This document shows positions 56,867-64,000 of a stretch of 64,000 nt of DNA, piece by piece. The notes beneath the pieces were generated by a model. It ran no database searches and was not told the origin of the DNA. It saw only the letters and a list, made by a program, of their open reading frames with translations. The stretch lies in NCBI GenBank assembly GCA_000091205.1, contig AP006500.2; one strand, given 5' to 3'. The stretch's first letter is position 1; every line of letters starts with the position of its first letter. A program made the translations under genes and the position numbers. Source of the DNA: Cyanidioschyzon merolae. Lineage: Eukaryota.

Positions 56867-58156
56867 GACTCGAGGATCATGATAGGCAGCGCGCTGGTCG
56901 AGTCTAGTCATGCTCCAGGGCACAACGCCGGGCTATGCGTCGTTCAACAGAGACGCACTGGTCTGTTTTTTGATTCGATGGGTAGAGGCGGCAGCATCGG
57001 GATTCCAACGGGGAATCTTCGCGAACCACATATCGTATCGCACGTTTCACTGGGATTGATTTACGACGCTTTCTTGATACGCAACCTCTAAATACCGATG
57101 CATCATTCATTCGTTCATTCATTGGTTGATTCTAGCGTTGCGCTGTGGATCTGTTGCGGTGGTGCTGGCACGATCACCAACAGGCAACTGCGTACCAGCG
57201 GGCGTACCGTGCGCACCAGCTGCTACATACAACCCGAGTCGGTGTCGCAGCATCCGTTGCTTGGAGTGAGCGCCTACAACCGGATTCTCAACGTTCATGG
57301 CGGTAAGCAACAAAGTGCACCAGCTCGAGTCTGAACGATATGTTTACGGATCGGGACGTGTGCGAGACAAAAGCGTAAATGTCAGCGCAGCTGCTACCAA
57401 GCACGCGAGTTGCTTCGAAGAAAGATGCACCGCTCTGCGAACATATCAGGCACCGAGGACGAATGCTCTCCACGAATGGGCGATGGATCGTGTACTTGGT
57501 CTGGAGTGTTGGCGAATCGTCGTGGAGTGCGCCTCTGCCGGACGCCAGCGTCTGTAGTGACGATACAGAGGCACGGACGTCGTACGGACACCAGGTCTCG
57601 CGAATCCAGCGCATGTGCATCACTCTGGATCGTAGGTACCGCAGCAGGTGACCCGGGAAAGGCGCGCGAGTGAGTTTCCCATCCATCACGTGGAGACGCG
57701 GAAAACGGCAATCGAAACGTATGGGAGCGGTCAAGTGAAGCGTCCCGGTACCTGGTTTGCGCGCTTCTCTAGGAGAGCACAGGTGCGCGGTGCTCGCGCA
57801 CCACCACGCGCGACGGTCGCTGCTGCTGGTGCTAAACTCGGGCATCGGCCAGCGGTATTTTCGTCATTCGCGTCCGAGACGGAGTTAGCGAGTCAGCGGC
57901 AGCTGGGCGGCTCGATATGGGAGAAAGCGCGTACCCGGTGGTTTCCCTGGTCAGCTGTCCATCCGACCGTTATGTGCCGCCTTCGAACCGAGCGCCAATA
58001 CGGGATCAATGAATAGGCTGTGTATCGCATTGCGAGGCTGCAGGCGAACCGAAAAGCGCGCACAAGTCTGCGGCTCCAACAGACGTATTCACCAACATGT
58101 ATCGATATGTGCTGAAAACCCGCAATCGGGAAGTATCCCGGAATACGCACCATGCC

Positions 58157-60469
58157 TCAGCAGACATGGCCTGGACTCGTGCGTCTGGAGCACGATTCCC
58201 TAGTTGTCGATGACATTGCATTCGGGGCGCTGTGCGAATGCTGCTTTTGAGCACGGGCTGCTGCAAGTATCCGCAGCTTTCGCTCATCCTCAATCGCAAA
58301 TTGTACGATCAGGCGTCGCCCCTGGTGCGGAGCAGGCAACACGTTGGGATTATTGTTGACGAGTCGCAAAGCTCGAAGCGCTGCATCGTGCGTTGCAAAC
58401 TCTACAAATGCATACGCACATACCCGTTGCTTGCGACTTCGTTCCCGAGCAATGCGCACCTGTTTGATGACGGCTGGTTTGGCGTCGGTTTCAGTCGATG
58501 CTCCAGCTTGGGCAAAAATCGCCTTGATCTGAGCGATACGCAGGCTGCGCGGAATATTATGAACGCTGAGTAGTGTCCGGGATACAAAGGTATGGGGATT
58601 GCGGCGTAGTTTTCGCTGTTTCGCCTGCTCTAGGCGCTCTCGTAACGCCAACTCGGACTCGCTGAGACCCGCTGCTGCCGGTTGGTGGCGTTCGATGACA
58701 CCCTCTAGGGCGAGATAAAGATTACGACGATCCGAGTGATGCGCTCGTGTCAGCATGGACTGTTGTCTCTGGGTGACGACCTGGGCGACGTCCGTGCGCG
58801 ATAAAGCCCAACTGAACTGTAAACGCTGGCCATGGAGTTGGAAAGCAGATTCATGGAGAGAGGCGGGTGCGTCAGAGGAGGCCTCGTTCAAGACGCGTTC
58901 AGCGGATGCGCGTTCCGCGAAACAGACAAAAGCTCGACCGCGTGGGAGTCCCGTAATCGAATCGCGGACCAGAGCACAGTACCGAATAGGTCCGTAGGGC
59001 TCCAGAAGCGCCTTGACTTGAGCGGCTGTTGCATCCAACGGTACATGACGCACAAAGAGTGTGCACGCGAGCATGGCTCTTGCTCGATCTTCAGAGGTGC
59101 CAGCGCCGACTCGAGACGCTTCACCGTCGCGTCCAGAGGACGTATGAAGTGGCTTTGCCTGATCCGCCTCGGGTTGCATCGAGTCGCTGGAACTCGCCTC
59201 CAAACGCTCTATTCTTGTTGTTGTTGTTGTTGTTGTTGCTGCCGGTCGTTGACGTTTTCGCGATCGATCGCTGGGGGCATGGGCACCGTCTGCAACCGGC
59301 GTCTGCGCGGCTGTCTCTGCAGGCAACGCACTCGCAGGGGTGTCGGCTTCGTGGGAGGCGTGCACCACCTTTGTTGTGCATGCCTCTGACGAAGATGCGC
59401 GACCGTCTCCTTCAGTGTTAGCGTTTGAGTCCCGGCTTGCATCGGATGCGTTGTCTGCGGTCGACGCTTGCCGCTCGCGGTAGTCATCGCGCGAAAGCGC
59501 CCGATCCAACGCAAGCACGCGCCCACAGAACGACTGTCCATTGAGGCGCTGGACTGCAGCGTTTGCGTCCGCCCGGGTAAAGTACTCGGCAAAAGCGTAG
59601 CCAGCCCAGCAGGTATCCGAGGACGCCCCTCCGGTGGACGCTGCTTTGCGAGGCACGTTTACTGCAACCAGAGGTCCAACCTGGCGTAAACGCTCCAGCA
59701 ACGCATCCAATGAAAATCTAAAGGGAAGATTGCGAAGAATGACCCGGCACTGCTTTCTCGTGCTGATACCAACAATCTGGGCACTGAGTCCTTCGCGCTG
59801 ATCCGTACTAGGTTCGTGTTCCAGCACCAGGTCGTGCAACATGCCACAGACGTTCCGTGCATCCACCCAGGTTGGTAAAATGAGCTCCCGCTCTCGCTCT
59901 TGGGTATAGGTCGGTGCGAGCGCACCCGTTGCCGTACTCAAGCCGTTTGTCGATGCCCCGGTCCATACCTGGGTGCCGAATCGCTCTAGGACGCTGCGAA
60001 AGCGCGTCTCTTGGGCAACGCTCCAGGCGGCCGCATCCCGTCGTCGAACACGTACCGTGCGTAGGGGCAGTGCTCCTTCAACGGGTCGTCTGACTGGTTC
60101 AGACCGCTCAGTGGTACGCTGTAGCGGGTTTTTCCCGCGTTGCGCTGGAACCAGTGCAGCTTGCAAAGTGGCACGCACTAGCTCAGAGACGCTGTCGCTG
60201 AGGTTGCTCGCAGGCTCCGAAGCTGCTGCTACTGCTACTGCTGCTAACTGTCTCTGGTGCACAAGTTTCAAGGCCTGTTCGGCGTCTCTAGTGAGAATGT
60301 ACTCAATATAGGCCTCACCTGTTTTCGGTTGCACCAGACAGCGACGTATCGGTCCGATGCGTCCGAAGAGCTCCGTTACCGCAGCTCGACGACAGCTCGA
60401 TCGAGGCACTCCGCTGAGCTTTAGCGCTAAGCGGGGCTCAGCTGCACCAGCTTTCATCACGTCCGTCAA
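58157..60469 (-). CDS. Multi-RRM nucleolar RNA-binding protein (RBM28/Nop4-like).
   Basis: At least four RRM-like modules with RNP1-like cores (AGYAFAEYF, RGRAFVCFAERASAERVL, VCAYAFVEFATHDAALRAL) and RNP2-like leads (LFVRHVPLDAT, CRVILRNLPF, LLSVHNIPRS), plus acidic and Ser-rich linkers. The size of about 770 aa fits Nop4/RBM28. Confidence 0.7.
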   Translation of the reverse strand: MTDVMKAGAAEPRLALKLSGVPRSSCRRAAVTELFGRIGPIRRCLVQPKTGEAYIEYILTRDAEQALKLVHQRQLAAVAVAAASEPASNLSDSVSELVRATLQAALVPAQRGKNPLQRTTERSEPVRRPVEGALPLRTVRVRRRDAAAWSVAQETRFRSVLERFGTQVWTGASTNGLSTATGALAPTYTQERERELILPTWVDARNVCGMLHDLVLEHEPSTDQREGLSAQIVGISTRKQCRVILRNLPFRFSLDALLERLRQVGPLVAVNVPRKAASTGGASSDTCWAGYAFAEYFTRADANAAVQRLNGQSFCGRVLALDRALSRDDYRERQASTADNASDASRDSNANTEGDGRASSSEACTTKVVHASHEADTPASALPAETAAQTPVADGAHAPSDRSRKRQRPAATTTTTTTRIERLEASSSDSMQPEADQAKPLHTSSGRDGEASRVGAGTSEDRARAMLACTLFVRHVPLDATAAQVKALLEPYGPIRYCALVRDSITGLPRGRAFVCFAERASAERVLNEASSDAPASLHESAFQLHGQRLQFSWALSRTDVAQVVTQRQQSMLTRAHHSDRRNLYLALEGVIERHQPAAAGLSESELALRERLEQAKQRKLRRNPHTFVSRTLLSVHNIPRSLRIAQIKAIFAQAGASTETDAKPAVIKQVRIARERSRKQRVCAYAFVEFATHDAALRALRLVNNNPNVLPAPHQGRRLIVQFAIEDERKLRILAAARAQKQHSHSAPNAMSSTTRESCSRRTSPGHVC

Positions 60470-60619
60470 TGAACAAGCACGTGTTCGTTAGAGCAACGAA
60501 GCAGTATGGACACGTGCGTGGTGTGTGCCCCGTGATCGCTACGCTTTTTCGACGCAAAGCCGCAACGACCTGCTCCAGGCGAGCGGCGAACGCCCCAGAC
60601 GTACAGTGCTGGTGCGAGA

Positions 60620-61800
60620 CGCCCGGAGCGTTCCATGCGGTGGGAAACGTCCCCGCCGCCTCCTCCTCCTCCTCGTGCACACAACCGACACCGCCAAAGC
60701 ACAAAGCGTGAAACGTGATCACTGGTACGGAATAGCGTCAACACTGGGTGCTTGTTCATGGATGGGCTATGGACGGTGGTCCCGGGCAGTGCCGTGCGGT
60801 GGGAAACGTCCCCGCCGCCTCCTCCTCCTCCTCGTGCACACAACCGACACCGCCAAAGCACAAAGCGTGAAACGTGATCACTGGTACGGAATAGCGTCAA
60901 CACTGGGTGCTTGTTCATGGATGGGTTATGGACGGTGGTCCCGGGCAGTGCCGTGCGGTGGGAAACGTCCCCGCCGCCTCCTCCTCATCCTCCTCCTCCT
61001 CCTCGTGCACACAACCGACACCGCCAAAGCACAAAGCGTGAAACGTGATCACTGGTACGGAATAGCGTCAACACTGGGTGCTTGTTCATGGATGGGCTAT
61101 GGACGGTGGTCCCGGGCAGTGCCGTGCGGTGGGAAACGTCCCCGCCGCCTCCTCCTCATCCTCCTCCTCCTCCTCCTCGTGCACACAACCGACACCGCCA
61201 AAGCACAAAGCGTGAAACGTGATCACTGCTACGGAACAGCGTCAACACTGGGTGCTTGTTCATGGATGGGTTATGGACGGTGGTCCCGGGCAGTGCCGTG
61301 CGGTGGGAAACGTCCCCGCCGCCTCCTCCTCATCCTCCTCCTCCTCCTCGTGCACACAACCGACACCGCCAAAGCACAAAGCGTGAAACGTGATCACTGG
61401 TACGGAACAGCGTCAACACTGGGTGCTTGTTCATGGATGGGTTATGGACGGTGGTCCCGGGCAGTGCCGTGCGGTGGGAAACGTCCCCGCCGCCTCCTCC
61501 TCATCCTTCTCCTCCGCCTCGTGCACGCAACCGACACCGCCAAAGCACAAAGCGTGAAACATGATCACTGGTACGGAACAGCGTCAACACTGGGTGCTTG
61601 TTCATGGATGGGTTATGGACGGTGGTCCCGGGCAGTGCCGTGCGGTGGGAAACGTCCCCGCCGCCTCCTCCTCATCCTCCTCCTCCGCCTCGTGCACACA
61701 ACCGACACCGCCAAAGCACAAAGCGTGAAACGTGATCACTGGTACGGAATAGCGTCAACACTGGGTGCTTGTTCATGGATGGGTTATGGACGGTGGTCCG
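60620..61800. repeat. Satellite-like tandem array, about 7 units of about 158-174 bp, each containing a variable (CCT)n tract.
   Basis: The unit ..gtgccgtgcggtgggaaacgtccccgccgcc(tcc)n tcgtgcacacaaccgacaccgccaaagcacaaagcgtgaaacgtgatcactggtacggaatagcgtcaacactgggtgcttgttcatggatgggttatggacggtggtcccgggca.. recurs at about 60634, 60792, 60951, 61119, 61293, 61465 and 61637. Confidence 0.9.
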
Positions 61801-64000
61801 GGTGCAAACCTGCTTGGCGGGTACCAACTTGGTCGTGGTTTACGCGTGTGACAAGCGTACCCGAAGCGCGTATCGTCATGAATGGATTTCGTGCTTGGTA
61901 GGCTGCGGACTGGATGCAAAGCTGCTCGATGCAGTGTAGCAGCGGAGTCGATGTTGGATAGCAGCAGTGTTTGGTTGACGTGCATCACTGGGGTTGCGTG
62001 AGTGAGGCATCAGGAATCACGTTATAGAAAAAGATGTATGTCAACGATGAGCACTCAGGGCATGATCGCGGGGGAGTCGAGGTCGCATCATCCGGCATCC
62101 GCAACGATCGAAAATGATGTTGCTTCCCTGCTGTTGGCGGCTATGTGTTCGGTACCAGGTATTGTGTTCGGGTGCAATACGCAACGTCCATCGCTCAACA
62201 AACATGAAGGATAAGTAGCATGGCGGAGGAGTTTCAGAGGAGCGCGGATCCCTGGACCGGTTGCGCTGCTCGCGCTCGGTAAATGTTTCCGATCCTGTTC
62301 TCGGCGAATAGGATCGATATTCAGAGAGCAGTAGTACAGGATTCGGGACACTAGGTCGACTTTTTGAAACGGCTGGTTCGGCGAGTTGCCGCTGCAATTC
62401 ATCAAGTCACTGAAATCAAGATGAATTGTGATGTCGGCGAACACCGGTGCCGCAAAGTAATCCATTTCGCGATCCAATGCATACGTACATGCCTCCACTA
62501 GTCCCATTTGCTTACACGCAGCACGCTGGAATCATGCGCTCTTCAACTTGTCGATCTTTCTGTTCTAAAAAAACTCCCGGGTGTAGTGATTCGCGTGGCT
62601 GGGTCCCCGGGCTCAGAAACTCAACGTCGTGCCTTGACGACTTTATATACAACTCCGGCCGAAATATCACTGAAACGCTCAAGGCAAATACGGATCGAGT
62701 TCATTCGAAAGAGGAATTCCTCTATCTTTGAGTCCATCGCCAAAACCGCATTCGATAGCAGGATGAAACCTCGTACGAGATACGCTCCAAACACGCCCGT
62801 CTCTTTTTTTCGGAATGAAGAAAAAGGGCCCTGGACTCGAACTCGACTCGTCGCAGCGATCACTTGTAACGGAGATTGCGTCACAGTATTGCACGACGGG
62901 ATCGTAGACGGGGTGGAATTTCTCGACTTGCTCTCTAGCCGAGATTTTCCTTCGGGTTCAAGTTCCATTATGGACGACAATGCGTTCCATGAATCCGGTA
63001 TTAACTGGAACAAAGTGAGTTTTCGTTGGTGCAGAAGAAAGCGATTGCGGTGAGGGCATTGCTCAGAAAAAGCGTGAGATCGTCGAGTACGGCACTGGGC
63101 GGATACCCGGCACAGAGGGTTACCGAGGCGAGCCTTCTCTACCCGTCCAGGGCAGGTACTGGGCTATGAAACAGGCGCATGTCGCACTGCAGGGCGGCCC
63201 ACGGAGCATGCATAATGGTGAATGCACGGGAGTACCTGACGAGTATCCTTTGGAAGCGCTGGGCGGGCCAAACCGGTGCTATATACAAAGAAAATGAAAA
63301 ACGCTCGAAGCGAAGATCATAACCTGCGACTGGGCCTGCATTGCGTCGGTAAAGAAAATGGAAAACGCTCGAAGCGAAGATCATAACCTGCGACTGGGCC
63401 TGCATTGCGTCGATAACAGCGTAGAGCACCGAAATCGGGATTTGAACGCTGTCCCCAACATCCTTCGAATACTGACAACAGAGCTGCAAGAACAGAAGAC
63501 ATCGCCGAATGTACATCCAGAGATAAGAAAGAGTGCGGATAAACAAAACAGTCACCGACAAATCCAGTCATGGCCGGTGTTGATAACATCAGAAACAACC
63601 CACAGCTCTCATGTGAGCGCCCCAGTACGAGCACCCGTTCCAGTTTGATTTGATATGCATATAGACGAACGTGGGAAAACGAACCCCAAACTCTGGATGA
63701 TTTCAAGACATACCCCAGAATATGAGTCCGAGACCAGGATGCATCCGGCAGGGCAGCGGCTGGTTTCGCGTCGCTGGTCGGGTACAGGACGAACACCACG
63801 AGGCCCCAATTAGTTTGCAATCCGAGCGAATCCACTCCGTCGGCACCGCTATCCGAATATCCCCGTCTTTCATCAACAACAGAGCAAGTGGCATGTTGGT
63901 GCTCAAACTCTAGGCTAGCGCTACATTACCGGTGAGATGGTGTTGGAGCATCTCGACCAGGCGCGAGATGACCAGTTTTGGTGCCTGCGAGCGCACCACT

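Noticed and set aside
1-64000. Prokaryotic operon or island interpretation, prompted by the tnpB-like genes.
   Set aside because: Neighbouring genes are unambiguously eukaryotic (TOR with FAT/FRB/FATC, Ubc13, Nop4-like, J-domain protein). They lie on mixed strands with eukaryote-style N-terminal targeting sequences. The TnpB-like element is better interpreted as a Fanzor-type eukaryotic element.

Overview
This window reads as nuclear DNA from an intron-poor, GC-rich (about 55-60%) eukaryote, most plausibly an alga with a primary plastid. A 2737-aa uninterrupted TOR kinase ORF, Ubc13, G6PD, a choline kinase and an SLC4/BOR transporter show it is eukaryotic. SQD1, SQD2 and a POR homolog show it carries plastid functions, and several of these proteins begin with Phe-containing N-termini (MTFV.., MFVALP.., MFTGR..) typical of rhodophyte or glaucophyte-type transit peptides. 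About 17 supportable protein genes sit on both strands at roughly one gene per 3.5 kb; no spliceosomal introns are evident.

The most notable content is two paralogous copies of a TnpB/Fanzor-like (OMEGA-type RuvC nuclease) element. Copy 2 (about 42.6-44.2 kb) carries an intact 329-aa RuvC-module ORF. Copy 1 (about 11.5-14.1 kb) has a longer 5' region but is broken by frameshifts, stops and a 75-bp repeat expansion. Both copies share a conserved non-coding tail that could be a guide-RNA (omegaRNA) scaffold.

Other points of interest:
- SQD1, a plastid-type G6PD and SQD2 lie within 8 kb, forming a sulfolipid gene neighbourhood.
- The POR-like gene is interrupted by four in-frame stop codons yet has no frameshift.
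- A 131-bp higher-order tandem array lies upstream of G6PD.
- A satellite array of about 165 bp abuts the start of an RBM28/Nop4-like gene.
- The TOR gene carries large low-complexity insertions.

All calls rest on motif recognition by eye; no database search was run.
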